Assembly: GCA_965649765.1 (NCBI GenBank)
Contig: OZ287751.1
Coordinates: 18,104,001 to 18,168,000, forward strand
Direction: 5' to 3'
From: Bispira polyomma
Lineage: Eukaryota
Length of the DNA: 64,000 bases
Below, piece by piece: positions 11,843-25,329 of this stretch. The notes under the pieces were generated by a model that saw nothing but the letters and a program-made list of their open reading frames with translations, searched no databases and had not been told where the DNA came from. Position numbers and translations under genes: made by a program. Every line of letters starts with the position of its first letter. The first letter of the stretch is position 1.

Positions 11843-11899
11843 CTTTAAATCAGTATTGGTGTCATTTTCCATCCAGTCACTGTCAGAATCTCTCCACAT
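11843..11899 (-). CDS. Possible alternative first coding exon of the adenylate cyclase
   Basis: Encodes MWRDSDSDWMENDTNTDLK followed by the strong donor AAG|gtaagc in phase 0. No homology support. Confidence 0.35.
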
Positions 11900-14406
11900 A
11901 TTACCTGTGAGTCACTGCACACTAATATCATTACTCTTATCCCATTTGTTTTTTTGGTCATTATACACACTCTCGCTTATATAAAAGACAATTATAATTT
12001 TACCACACAATAAAAAAGTGGGTTCCCAAAAAATAAGTACAGAAAAAAAAACAGGTACTCATATTTTTTTTAAGATAAGATTTGATCTGATGTTCATATA
12101 TATTGAAAATACTGCATGTGTGTACACCAACATCAAACGGTGACACAGGATACAAAGATGCAAACTTAAGATAAACCCTTCAACATCTCTACAATAGTTC
12201 TATCTGGTAGCACCTGACAAGTGTGGAGAAAAAACAACAGTTTATTCATCCCCCCCCCCCTACACAGTAAGCTATCCTCTTTGATAAATAACTCTTTATT
12301 GGTATCCCTATATATATATGAATAGAAGACTGGGGTTGGGGGGGGGGGGCTGTGGTATCTCTGGTAACAGTGGTTTCACAAATGATTCTTATTACTATAC
12401 ATACAACTATAATATGGCTATCATCAGGCTTCTGTTTTGAGGTAAATTTTAGATAATTTCATCCATGAGGCCAGAAAATGGTGAGGTTTTAAGATCATCT
12501 CAATTTAAATTCATCCATATAGTTATACTTATAGACGAAGCTTTGTATTATCCAAACCAAAAACTATTTACAGCCCTATTGGAAATAGTAGCAAAGCATG
12601 TCGTCAGTAAATTGTTTTTTGGTAACCTGTATATTATGTTTTCCCCCAGTTATGGCTGGCTAGGGCAGCCTTTACTTGTTTACTGGTCTCTTAACACCTC
12701 AACAGATCTATTACTTCAATAAGTTTCTCTCGTAATTAGCAAGTCACAAAAGTAATTTAGCCATCAGTCCAGGTATCTAAATTAGTAAAATGTAGAAAAC
12801 AGGAGCTAATTATGTTCTTGTGATTTCCTGAGGTAATTATCACCTTCAAAATACATTGAAACAAGCCCACGAACAAAACAAGCACACAGGAAACCTTAGT
12901 TACTCAATTACTCGAGTTGCAATTACTATGTTATTACATTTGTTCTGTATCTTGGTCCCTTAATTTTAGGCTGTTTTGAAAGTTCACCTTCTTACAAAAC
13001 TGCCACACTGAAAATAGTAGTAGTTATTGCCTTGCAGGGTGGTTTTCACTGAAATCTCAGTTTTCACAGGGCCCAATAACAAGGTCCAATAAATAAAGTG
13101 GTTCTTTATTTGCAGCAAAAAAGCCATGCCAAGGCTGTAATTTTTAGACATTAATTTATTGCCTAAATTACAATAATTTAAGTGTTGAAAAATACTAGGC
13201 TTTAAAGAGAGGCAATTCAGTGTTAGTCGCAGTTTTGTAAAAGTAGTTTTGCATTAGGGGGAACTGTAATGTAATTTATGTAATGTATACATAAAGCCTC
13301 AAAAGGGATACATTTAAACTTTTTTCAGCAGAAATACTGTACTTGTCTAGGTTTAGTTGTAATATCATCCAAACAGTAGTTCCTAGAGTCGAAAAAGACG
13401 AAACCCGATATATCTTAGTATGGGACAAATTTATTGGTTGGTTTTAAAACTGTAGAGAAGTGGATCAAATGCATTGACTCCACAAATAAAACTGTAAGGT
13501 ACTGAATCGGTGGTGGAAATTCCTTGTAACATTTATTTGGAGAGAGGACTGTTTCCAGATCTCTTGACTGAATATCACAATGGAAGAACAGATTAGATAT
13601 CTATATGTATGGCAGTCCTATTTGTAGTTGATGTGACTTTTTGTTTGTTGATTAGAGTTTGTTTTCAATTTCTGCAGTCTATTTTAGGGAACATAGAATA
13701 TTCTGAAAATGTTTAGTTTCAAAATCAGCCAAGTTGTAATACCAACAAGTATAAACCTATATGGTAGCAGTCTGTAAATCAATTGGTTAGGTTTACAATT
13801 GTAGAGATGTATGAAAAGGAAACAAACATACTTGAGCATCTTAGTAGTCTTGCTTGATGTTCTTGCGTGTGAACTGAAATTGTTATGTGAAGTTTTCATG
13901 AAAATCTATTCCTGAGAGACATATATAACTGGTATTCAAATCCATTCATATGTACTATTGGTCAAGCATGTTATTTCTGTCCTAATTTAGTACTCATAAA
14001 TGAAAAATATCATCACAATAGAAACCCTAGCATCAGGCTACTTTCTAAAACTAAGTGGGAGGAGGCCACAATGAAGGAAGTCGCCCTGCAAGAAAGTAAA
14101 TGGTATACCACACAGCTTGACCAGGCTTTGCTCTCTCAATAGATAATAATCACAGTACAATAACAAAGGGTTGGTTAGCACTTTTATCCCAAGAAAGGAG
14201 GAATTGCTGTGCCCACCATAACTACATATATAACAACATTGTATTTCAGCTCACTGATAGCTGACAAAAATAGGTGTTTTTAATACAAGGTAATCTTTTT
14301 ACATTAAAATAAATACTAAATGTTTTTATTCCATAGTCGCAAAAATATCAATTGTAAAAACTTTTATTGGCTATAAAAATAATTCACTGTTTAAGCCAAT
14401 AAATAA

Positions 14407-17334
14407 GCACCTGCGGCTATCGACTTAGTCATAGCCCAGGACCTGGATGTTGCTGCCGTCTCCGAGACGTGGCTCAGCAGTAGGGATACGACATCCTTTT
14501 TATCGGATATTACTCCTCCGGGCTACAAATTTCATCAGTTCCCCAGGTTGCACAAACGCGGGGGAGGAGTTGGCATTTTTTTGAAAAATACCCTTTCCTG
14601 TGAAATTCTAAAAAACCAGTCCTACTCGTCTTTCGAACACATTTCATGCAAAATTTCAAACGGTTATCATTCATTCCTAGTTTCCTCCTTTTACAGACCA
14701 CCCATTCCTTCTTTAACTAGTTTTACTCAAGAGTTTTCCGAATTCCTTGAGACCCTTAACCTTCTCCCATTTGAAGCTATCATCCTTGGTGATTTCAACA
14801 TCAAGCTCAACATAGAAAATACTACGACAAAAGATTTCAACACCCTCCTCGACACTTTTGGGTTCTCACAGTTTATCTCTACTTCAACCCACATCCACAA
14901 TCACATACTCGATCTGGTAATCGCAAGACCAAATTCAAATCTCATCAGAGAATCATGGGTAACTGATGGGATTTCAGATCACCTAGCAACCTTCGCCTAT
15001 TTAAATTTACCAATACCTGCCTCACATAAACCTCGTGTCATAAAATATAGAAACATCAGAAAAATTAATATAAACAAATTCAGAGACGATATCCTGGAAA
15101 CTAATCTCATCAAACATCCATGCAAAAATGCTGAAAGCCTTAGCTTACAATACAATCACTGCCTTTCTACTGTCCTTGATAAACATGCGCCATGGGTATC
15201 AAAAACCCTTCCCCCAACTAACAACCATGAATGGACCAATGCCGCCATTACAGAATCCAAAAGACGCAAACGCCAACTTGAGCGTCAATGGCGACGCACA
15301 AAATCCTCCTTAGACAGAAGCCGTTACCGTATCACCACAAATAATTACAACAGGCTAATAACTGATGCCAAAAAGCAACACTACGACTCCATCATCACCG
15401 AAAATCAGGATAATCCCAAAAGGTTATGGGCCTCCATAAACAAAATTCTACATCAAACATCAGAGAAGGTTCTCCCCATAAACCACTGTCTTACTTTTTT
15501 AGCAGAAAAATTTGGAAAATTTTTTATAGAAAAAATCAGCAACATTCGTGACGCCTTCCCAACGATACATCACTTCAATCCTCCAGCCCCAGGATATAAG
15601 GTTTGTAACCTGTTTCATTTTAGTACACTGTCAGAGCTTGAAGTTCTGAAACTCATCAAATCCTCTACTATTAAATCTTGTAACTTAGATCCCATCCCAG
15701 CAGTTATTCTGAGTCAATGTCTTGACATTCTTGTCACACCCATAACAAATATATTAAATTTTTCTCTTCGGGATGGTGTCTTTCCCACCTGTTTCAAGAC
15801 GGCAAATGTAACTCCCTTGATTAAAAAACAAGGGCTTGATAAAAACCATCTCAAAAACTACAGACCGGTGTCAAACCTTAGCTTCGTCTCAAAAGTCATC
15901 GAGAAAGCTGTGGCTACACAAATTTCTGACCACCTTAATAGACAAAACATTGAAAATCGCCACCAGTCTGCTTATAGAAAATTTCACTCTACAGAAAGTG
16001 CCCTTTTTTCCATCAGCAATGATGTCAATCTTGCACTGGACCGCAACGACACAGTGGCCCTCACCCTTCTGGATCTCTCAGCTGCATTCGACACTATTGA
16101 TCATGTCCTGCTCTGCGACACTCTCAAGCAGTGGTTCGGTATAAATGGCAGTGTCCTTAAATGGATCAGATCCTACCTTACTCTTAGGGCACAAAGAATT
16201 AAACTAGATGATCACCTATCATCTTCCATAAAACTTCCATATGGAGTACCCCAGGGATCCGTCCTTGGTCCTCTACTTTTCACCCTTTATACACATCCTC
16301 TCAGCACTGTCATCAATAAACACAATATAAAACACCACGTGTATGCAGACGACACTCAAGTCTATTTCTCCCTCAATCCACAAAACGCAGATACTAACAT
16401 AGACCTACTTGCAGACTGTCTGTCTGATGTCCAGGCGTGGATGAACTACTCCAAACTAAAGTTTAACCCTGACAAAACAGAATTCATCCTCATAGGAAAC
16501 AAGAAAAACAGTGAACTTCTAAAATCTTTGTTTCCCATCTCCCTGCTGGGAAAAGACATACTACCTTCCGAAAATGCTAAAAACCTGGGTGTCACTTTTG
16601 ATTCAGCTTTTTCGTTCGATACTCATGTTGCCAACATCTGTCGCTCCTGATATTACCACATACGCGACATCAAAAGAATCAGAAACCACTTGTCCATGGA
16701 CACAGCGATAATTGTGGCAAATGCCCTTGTAAGTAGCCGCCTTGACTACTGCAATTCTCTCTTGTACAAAGCAAATAAGTCAAACATTAAAAAGCTCCAG
16801 TCCATCCAATACTACATATGTAGGGTCATTTTTCGCCTGGGTTGTCACACAGATGTTACTCCTTACCTCAAAAAATTACACTGGTTGCCCATTAAATCTC
16901 GAATTTTGTTTAAAATTCACGTTACCACTTTTAAGGCTGTAATCACTCAATAGCCACCCTACCTTGCCTCCCTTCTTTCCTTTAGTAACCACAAGAGAGG
17001 CAACAGACTCTCTGTCACTTCGGTCAGACCAATCAGAAAGGCGGGTTTCAGAGCGTTCTCCACCGCAGCTCCACGGTTATGGAACAGTCTCCCAGTTGAC
17101 CTCAGATCAGTTGACACACTATTCGGTTTTAGGAAAAAGCTCAAAACCTATCTTTTTAATCTTGCCTACCCACCTTAGCTTTCCTCGTGCACGCTCCCAC
17201 TTCCTTCCTTACGACTCTGCAATTTCCATGGACTTAATGATTGGACTAATGATTCTGCTGTTGCGCTTTAGAAGATGCCTAGCATTAATAAAGCGCATTA
17301 AAAATCTATAATAATAATAAATAATAATAATAAT
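14407..17334 (+). mobile_element. L2-clade LINE, 5'-truncated, near-intact ORF2 (APE endonuclease + RT) with two premature stops
   Basis: One frame from 14407 to 17178 carries SETW, GGGVG, GDFN, LDLV, SDH (EN); NYRPVS, LLDLSAAFDT, GVPQGSVLGP, YADDTQ (RT); LHWLP and WNSLP...KLKTYLF (L2-type C-terminus). Stops are TGA 16648-16650 and TAG 16951-16953. Tail is (taa)n. Confidence 0.95.
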
Positions 17335-18602
17335 GTATGGCCTGTCTTCTGATCTTATTCATGCATTCTGTCATATTGTACAAAATCTATTCTAAATTAG
17401 TTTCATAACTGTGATCTATTACAAATTTAAAAACAGGATTTGTCGTCTTTGTTTGTGTTATTTTTTCCACACCCCCAGTGGTTATACTTATAGAATGTAA
17501 ATAGAACTGTAACCAAAAAAAATAATATACCATGCCTCACGAAATACTCGCTGTCACCTTTTCGGCCTGTTTTAGACAAAAGCTCCAAACCTATTTGTTT
17601 AGCTGGGAGTTGTATGTGACCATAATAAATGGATAAATCTAAAAAGTTTACAAGTAGTTATGCCCACACTTTCACTGAAGTGTGCCATAAAGACCAACAA
17701 TGTTCATACCGTTTGACACCGGTTATTATTCCAAAAAAGCTCACTAAAAAGTGAGCTATAACATGGGTTATTCTCTTCATCATTTAAAATAAACAGCTTA
17801 CTGTCACAGTCAGCTGTAAAGATGGGTTAAGCCCTCGTAGGTATATTTTTTCACATTTAGAGGGAGTAGCATATACTTTGAACCCATTAATCTACAGAGT
17901 TTTCGAATAAGTCACCATAAGTGACACATAAATCTATAAACAATTTTAAGTCATTGTTTCCCCAATTACACATAAATGTGCCATAAAAACGAAAACAATT
18001 TTGTTTTGTTTTTTCACGGGTTAAGCCCTTAGTGACAGATATGTGTGTAATGATATCAACATGTATTACTACTATTGCTGACACTATGTGCCCTAGATAA
18101 TGCCTTCACCCTATAATGAGCATCAAACCAGTGGTTGCAGTTTCTGCAGTCTATTTTGCTTTGTAGTAGCACTATCATAATATGGCCGCCAGGCCATTCT
18201 CCATTTGTTTATAATTTGTGAACATGTATAAGGCGCAAGTGTGAATCAAAATAAGGTGTAATAAGAAATATGACAGTATCTTAAATTTAATACAAAACAT
18301 ATAAAACAAAACACGTGTAGTTTTGTGTAAGGTGATCCCTGCATTACAAAGCCTTTGCAGCTGGTGACATCCCCCCACCCCCACAATGGCTAAGGTTAGA
18401 ACCGCAGGACTACGACACCTACCACCAATGGGCAATACACTCGCCTACGAATGCAGAAAACGTGGGTTCAATTACAGGTTCGGGCAGGTATAAATTTATG
18501 TTATTGGAACATGTAACCAATTGTAGATTTAAGATGCAAAAAAAAAATTGAGGGCTGTTGACGCCTTTAAGTAGGTTAAATGACAGATGCGTTGTGTTTA
18601 CA

Positions 18603-20060
18603 TTTTTGCAGTCAATGTAAACTGCACTTTGAATCCCAGATGCATGCTGTTGAACACCTCTGATAAAATGTTGCTCACACAATAATAATATTATGCAGCT
18701 CCCTTTAGGATATGCAGAGTTTTGTCTATATCTCATAAATATCCACCATATCACATCATTTGTAATAAGATCAAGCGTTTGCACTTGCACCTGAGCTAGC
18801 GATTATAGGTGCGTACTTTAGGAAACTAATTAAAGTTTTTTTATTTGCGTTTTATGTCTGAGTTTGTATGTGCATTGTTGATTTCTCTAGACTGCCATGT
18901 TTTTTTTCATTATATTTTTAATAAAATAATAATATATCAGACTTTTTTAGCGCTTATTTTCATTGTAACGAATTCTAAGGCGCAAAAAAACCAGAGTCGA
19001 AAAACACAGGTGACAGACAGAAGGAAGTCGTCGTCAATGCGTCCACTGAGAATGGGAAAGAGACTATGGAGGGAATGCATCATTGAACAGATAGGTCTTT
19101 AAACTGTGCCGGAAGGAATACAGGGACGGAGCTGTCCTAATGTGTTGAGGCAAACTATTCCATAGGGTAGGGGCATCATTTGCGAAACTTTTATCAAAGT
19201 GATTTTTACAGTCAATGTAAACTGCACTTTGAATCCCAGATGCATGCTGTTGAACACCTCTGATAAAATGTTGCTCACACAATAATAATATTATGCAGCT
19301 CCCTTTAGGATATGCAGAGTTTTGTTTACAGCTTTTATCTTGTTATAACAAGATATATCATTTCCACAACTCAATTATCTCATCTCCACAAGATCAGCTC
19401 ATTGTAATGAAATTAAGTTATTATAAAAAGATAATTACGTTCATGATACAAATATGTCATCTCCACCATATCACATCATTTGTAATAAGATCAAACGTTT
19501 GCACTTGTACCTGAGCTAGCGATTATAGGTGCGTACTTTAGGAAACTAATTAAAGTTTTTTTATTTGCGTTTTATGTCTGAGTTTGTATGTGCGTTGTTG
19601 ATTTCTCTAGACTACCATGTTTTTTTCATTATATTTTTAATAAAATAATAATATATCAGACTTTTTTAGCGCTTATTTTCGTTGTAACGAACTCTAAGGC
19701 GCAAAAAAACCACAGCCAGAGTCGAAAAACATAGGTGACAGACAGAAGGGAATGCGTCCACTGAGAATGGGAAAGAGACTATGGAGGGAATAATAATATA
19801 TCAGACTTTTTTAGCGCTTATTTTCGTTGTAACGAACTCTAAGGCGCAAAAAAACCACAGCCAGAGTCGAAAAACATAGGTGACAGACAGAAGGGAATGC
19901 GTCCACTGAGAATGGGAAAGAGACTATGGAGGGAATGCATCATTGAACAGATAGGTCTTTAAACTGCGCCGGAAGGAATACAGGGACGGAGCTGTCCTAA
20001 TGTGTTGAGGCAAACTATTCCATAGGGTAGGGGCATCATTTGCGAAACTTTTATCAAAGT
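18603..20060. repeat. Tandem duplication of flank + L2 3' end (18603-19202 versus 19203-20060), with a further internal ~146-bp duplication (about 19645-19790 and 19791-19935)
   Basis: cagtcaatgtaaactgcactttgaatcc occurs twice; atatatcagacttttttagcgc...gagactatggagggaa occurs three times. Confidence 0.9.
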
Positions 20061-21144
20061 AAACCTTTGACCTGTGTACTTTGGACTTATATTTTGGAAC
20101 AAGAAGGAATATATTTGGGAGCAGCTCTCCTGGTATTGACATTGTACTTGTAGTAACTCAAGTGTGGTTCAAAGTATTTAGGCAAACCTGAATCGAGAAA
20201 CTTATATACTATTGTAGCAGTTTTAAAAACACACCGATACCTAATAGGGAGCCAGTGGAGTGACTTAAGAATCGGTGAAGCATTTAAAAGCTGAGCAGAA
20301 CAACTGGCCAGATGTGCCAATGAGTTCTGGATACATTGCATTTTCTTTAGGTCCTTTTTGGTCAAGCTGCGATACAGTGAATTGCAGTAGTCCAGTCTGC
20401 TACCAACCAGAGCATTTGCTGCAGTTATTGCAACCGATTTTGGAAGGTACCTCCTGATTCTCCTAAGGTCTCTGAGACCCATGAAGCATGACTTACACAC
20501 TGATTGGATATGACTGGAAAATGAAAAATCATTGTCAAACAAAACTCCCAGGTTCCTTACTTTATCAGTTGGGGATAACAGTGTCCAAAGAATGTTTGCA
20601 GGAAAAGAATTTGACAGTTCAGCACGTTGAGTACCCAACCCGAACAATATGAATTCGGTTTTAACAGGATTCAGCTTCAGCTTATTTAGCGCCATCCAAT
20701 TTTGAACATCTGAAGGACATCTGAAGGACTTCCAGGGCACCGATTGATGTGTTAGGAATAAGGTGCACGTAAATCTGTGTATCATCTGCATAGAGGTGAT
20801 ACTTCAGAGAAAAATAGGAGGAAATAATTTTGAAATTAGGAGTGGTCCAAGCACAGACCCTTGCGGCACACCGAATTTCAGCACTTGTAAGTCAGACAGA
20901 ATATCGCCAATTTTAATAAACTGGTACCTGTCTGACAAGTAGGAACAAACCATTGCAAGACAGAGTCCTTAAGACCAAACCAGGTTTTTAGTCTTCCAAT
21001 GAGGACATTGTCATCAATAGTGTCAAAAGCAGCTGATAAGTCTAACAGTACTAATGCAGTGGGAACGCCCTTTGATAAAGCCATATGAATATTGTTTTTA
21101 ATATAAAGCAGAGCTGTTTCAGTAGAATGGTATTTTTTATATGC
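19645..21144 (-). mobile_element. L2 LINE (second subfamily), 5'-truncated and frameshifted
   Basis: AYKKYHSTETALL, LLDLSAAFDT, KLKLNPVKTEFI, SRLDYCNSL, LHWLP, APTLWNSLP...LKTYLFNDAFPP*. Confidence 0.92.
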
Positions 21145-21150
21145 TTTTTC

Positions 21151-21692
21151 CAATAAGTCCCACATAAACAAGTTGCAGTCCATTCAAAACTATCTATGTA
21201 GAGTCATCTTTCGTTCGGGAATCCGTACTGATGTCACTCCATACCTCAAGAAACTTCACGGGCTTCCTATTCACTATCGAATCTTGTTTAAATTGCACGT
21301 AACCATTTTTAAAGCTGTTGTCTCTCAACAGCCTCACTACCTCGCTACTAAGCTCTCCTCCAGCAGCCTTAAAAGGGCAAAAAGACTCTGTTTTCTCTAA
21401 AAAACCCACCAAGAGGGTTGGATTTAGAGCCACGCCTACGTTATGGAACCGTCTTCCAGTTGAGCTCTTACTGCTCGATACACTTTCTGGTTTTAAGAAA
21501 AGGCTTAAAACCTATCTCTTCAGGCTCGCCTATCTGCTGCAGTCCTTCTCCTGGGTGCTGACGCATCCATCCTTACTACCTGGCTATGTTCTTTCATTTT
21601 TCTATTGGCTGATTGATTCTGATGTTGCTCCTTGGAAGATGCCTAGCATCAATAAGGCGCGTTAAAAATGTACAATACAATACAATACAATA
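21151..21692 (+). mobile_element. L2 LINE 3' fragment (related to the 14.4-kb subfamily) with (tacaa)n tail
   Basis: QSIQNYLCRVIFR...VTPYLKKLH.LPI, LWNRLP...FKKRLKTYLF; the 3' UTR gaagatgcctagcat...gcg..ttaaaaat matches 17271-17305. Confidence 0.9.
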
Positions 21693-22165
21693 GAAACAAG
21701 CATTGGGAAAAAGCCCACATGTAGATTTTATTCGCAACTGACAGCATAAAATCATAACTTACTCCCTTAGAATCACAACGCGATGTGAGTTGTGGCCTTA
21801 TATTTTATTAGTAACCCTTATTTTGTCTCGCAGCGTAGCACATCACAACGTTAGATGAGTTTCCAGCCTTATATGGATAGCTTTTTCCAGCATGCAAAAA
21901 ATTCATTTTGCATTGCAAGAGCTAAAAAGGAGCATATATCATGACTGATTTGCACCAGCCAGTCAATATAAATTATGTGACTTGACCTGATATGAGTAGC
22001 ATTCTTGTTGAAAACTTTGATAAATAGTCAATTCTGCATTGGTAACATTTGCTGATCGAGAATTAGGAAAAGAGTTACAAATTACAAACCTTTATAACTG
22101 GTTTCTATTTTTCTAATCATCAAGTGATGATTTGACTAATTGCTCAACATAGAAGGATCTTTAAT

Positions 22166-22400
22166 ATAATAATAATAATAATAATAAGTAGATCTTGTAC
22201 AATGCAATTCTAGTCGTTATGTAAAAAATCAATGCGCTAACTCCAATGTAAAAGCACTTTTAAACAGGTAAGTTTTAAGTTTTTTCTTGAAGTCATTAAG
22301 ATTCAGTTTGATGTTGCGTATATCATGGCGGCAACTAGAAAAGAACGGTATCCCTTGCTTTTCAGTTTCCATGTATGTTCTTTCAGCTTGTAGGCTTTGT
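22166..22400 (-). mobile_element. Short L2 3'-end remnant
   Basis: The minus strand encodes FKKKLKTYLF, followed by a 3' UTR and an (att)n tail at 22166-22186. Confidence 0.6.
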
Positions 22401-23606
22401 ATTAAATAAAATAAAATTTTATTTGATATGTTGTAAAGCTCCTAAATACTGACCTTGTATATTGTAACCTGTGTATAAAATTAGCCATAAATGGTAGTGG
22501 ATTCCGGAATGTGTAACAATGTTAATTCTATTTGTCAAAAATATAATTTTTGTAAATACAGGTTAAATAGTATCCAAAGTTGTACTCTTGTAAGTTTGTT
22601 TATGCTCGAATGCATCCAGACTCTGTTGCAGCAGCTGCTATTGTTATTAAAGATATGTTAAAGTTAAGAGAAGATAAAAAAATAAGCGTGCTTTATGGTA
22701 ATAAGGTGACAACTTTGTTACACACAATGTGCAGTACTTAATGTCGTAAATATGTGTCATTGTTCCGCTTTATATGTTGTGTAAACATTATCTTTATGTT
22801 TCAATGTAATTATTTGTTTGTAGTTTTTCAATATAAATAGTATTTTTACGGACATGCATATATAAAAAAAAATAATAATAATAATAATTTATATGATACT
22901 ATCATACTCAAATTGAGATACTGCCTAAGTCTTCCAAATTAAGAGATACTTGCCTAAGTCTTCCAAATTATTAAATGTATAATGATTTTCTTGATGGATT
23001 CCTTTTGTGAAAATGACCGAATATATATCACAATGTACTCGTATACTGCTACCATTGCTTCTGTTGAATACGTTATTTGTTTTATTATATTTATCCGCAC
23101 ATTCCCAGGACCAGAGCTGTCTCAGCCGGAGGCCATGCTTCAAGTGTAGCTACACCAAAACTATGAAATTAACTTCCAATTTATCCACAGCTGTGTCCAG
23201 CTGACAGACATTTTTAAAGAGAACTTAAAACATTTTTTTAATTGCTTTTAACTTGTAACTTGATGTTGGTATCGCCATCTTAAAAGTAATATGTAATGCC
23301 TTCATGGATTGGTTACAAGCAATCAACCTGTCCAAACTGAGCGGTGTCAGGTTTATAATATCAGACACAGCCACCATGTTAGAAATAACATAGAATGGAT
23401 TGGTCAGGACCAATCGACCCAGCCAAACTTAGGGCTGCTTGTCACCCTGTGTGCTGATGTCTTTTTTTAAAAAGACAATTTTTTTTGCAATTTGCAAAGC
23501 GCACTGTTCACTGGCAGCATTGAATGGGATTTGCATTGTAGAAGCACCCAGTACAGTTATTGGTGTTAATGAGATCGTCTGTGGCTGAGTGAGACAGAGT
23601 TTTAGG

Positions 23607-23864
23607 AATTTGAATTTGAATTTGGATATTTAACGTTCACTCTAGTACCTTTTAGTAGGTTATATTGGGGCTGGTAGTTGGAAACGCTGGAGGAAACACT
23701 GCATATAGTCGGTCAAGGGTCTGCAGAGAAACCAGCGGCCCACAGTAAGGAACTACCACCTTTCTCACATAGGCATCGACGGGATTCGAACTCACGCCGC
23801 CCAGAGGTGAGAGACCAGTGATTGTGAAGCGCAGTGCTTGCTAACCACTAGGCCACCATGCCCC
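23607..23864 (-). mobile_element. tRNA-derived SINE, same family as 6995-7248
   Basis: Near-identical sequence including the A/B boxes and tail. Confidence 0.9.
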
Positions 23865-24039
23865 ATTAGAGAGACAGCAGTCACAGTTGGGTTTGGTAAC
23901 ACAGGATGTTGTAACACAGAATGGGTGGAAACAGGATGTTGAGACACAGGAGACAGGGCTAGGGATAATGAAGTGGCTTCTTTCAGTAGAAAGCAGAAGA
24001 AGAGAACAATGCGGACAACTTTAATTGCAGATGAGCAAG

Positions 24040-24830
24040 AGGTGGCTGTTATGGACACAAGCTGGATCTCAGTCAGACACTGACCAGGAAGATGTTGAGA
24101 TGGAGTCTTTCATGACCATTGCTTCGCCTGACAGACTCTCCAGCAGTCTTTCACATATGAGGCGTTAACCCTTACCCCAGAAGCTAAACTTTCCACGGAG
24201 CTGGGAGGCAGAATTTGTCGCATGGAGAATAGTATCTCAGCCTTTTTGAAGGAGGCCACTTAGACAAAGACAGAGGGACCCAGAGGTGCTTTCCTGAACT
24301 GGTTAGCTCTGAAAGCAGAGAAACTTCGAGGCTAACACCTTACCCAATTCAAAAGAGAAGCTTTCAACCTGATTAACAATCTGCAAGACAGGGCTTCTTC
24401 CTCTCAACACGTGGTGCCACAGTTTCAACCTTAACAACAGATTACTACCTGCTATCATATGGTGCAACCTTTCTTGATCCCACAACAACAACCAGGACAC
24501 TTTGTGTACCACCAGCCACAGCTTAGACCACAGACACCACAGCTTCTACGGCACTCAACAATCAAACCACAGCAGTCCAGTCAGGTCCACCAAACATCAC
24601 AAAAATCACATTGGCCTTCGGGGACATCAGCTACCAGAGCATTGACACTCCTCAGCCTTTTATGCCAGGCAATCATCAGACACAGACACAACCATTTCCA
24701 CCACTTCCACCGCAACCACGTCAACCACTTAGTCAACAGCCAGCATAAGCACCATGACTACAGACCAGTAGACAGCAAATTTATGACAAGAAGCAAACTG
24801 CCCCCACAAATAACTTATGTACACACAAAA
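24040..24830 (+). pseudogene. Probable remnant (C-terminal part) of the Harbinger second (MADF/Myb-like) ORF
   Basis: Decayed coding-like DNA (AFLNWLALKAEKL...FKREAFNLINNLQD, then Q/P-rich) convergent with the transposase remnant, a common PIF/Harbinger layout. No DNA-binding domain is visible. Confidence 0.45.
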
Positions 24831-25015
24831 CAGAAAAGACTTGCCCCCTACACACATAAATAAAAATAAAATGTAAACTTTTTAAAAAAATTAATAAATA
24901 CTTGTTATAAAAGATAACTGTCAAACTCATTTTAATTTAGGTTAGAGAGCTCGTTTATTGAGACATAAAAATTAAATTAAATAACATTAACCCCACCTCT
25001 AAACAGTTTTATGAT

Positions 25016-25320
25016 ACAGTTTGACCTCTTTAAGTCGAACCTCAAGGAACAGGAAAAGTAGCTCTACTTAAGCCGGATTTCCAACTTAAAAAGGTACAGT
25101 TCAAAAGAAAAATATTGGTCTCCACATCAAAATAAAATTGAGTTAACACAGTTCTATGTAAAAGGGTTTTACAAGACAGGGAAATTAAGTTAATGGAGTT
25201 CTACTTAAAGGGGTTTCACAAACCAGGGAAATTAGGATAACAGTGGTCTAGTAAAAAAAGGGTTTAACAAGCCAAGGAAATTGAGTTAACAGAGGTCTAC
25301 CTAAAGGAGTTTCACCAGTT
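25016..25320 (+). mobile_element. Tc1/mariner-type MITE remnant with short internal repeats
   Basis: tacagtttgacctctttaagtcgaacc start; repeated ggaaatt..gttaa...ggggttt units; related to 61899-62190. Confidence 0.45.
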
Positions 25321-25329
25321 TATAATTTG

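Noticed and set aside
18170-18500. CpG-richer stretch as a distal adenylate cyclase promoter
   Set aside because: There is only a YY1-like motif and one weak donor, which cannot be supported without transcript data.
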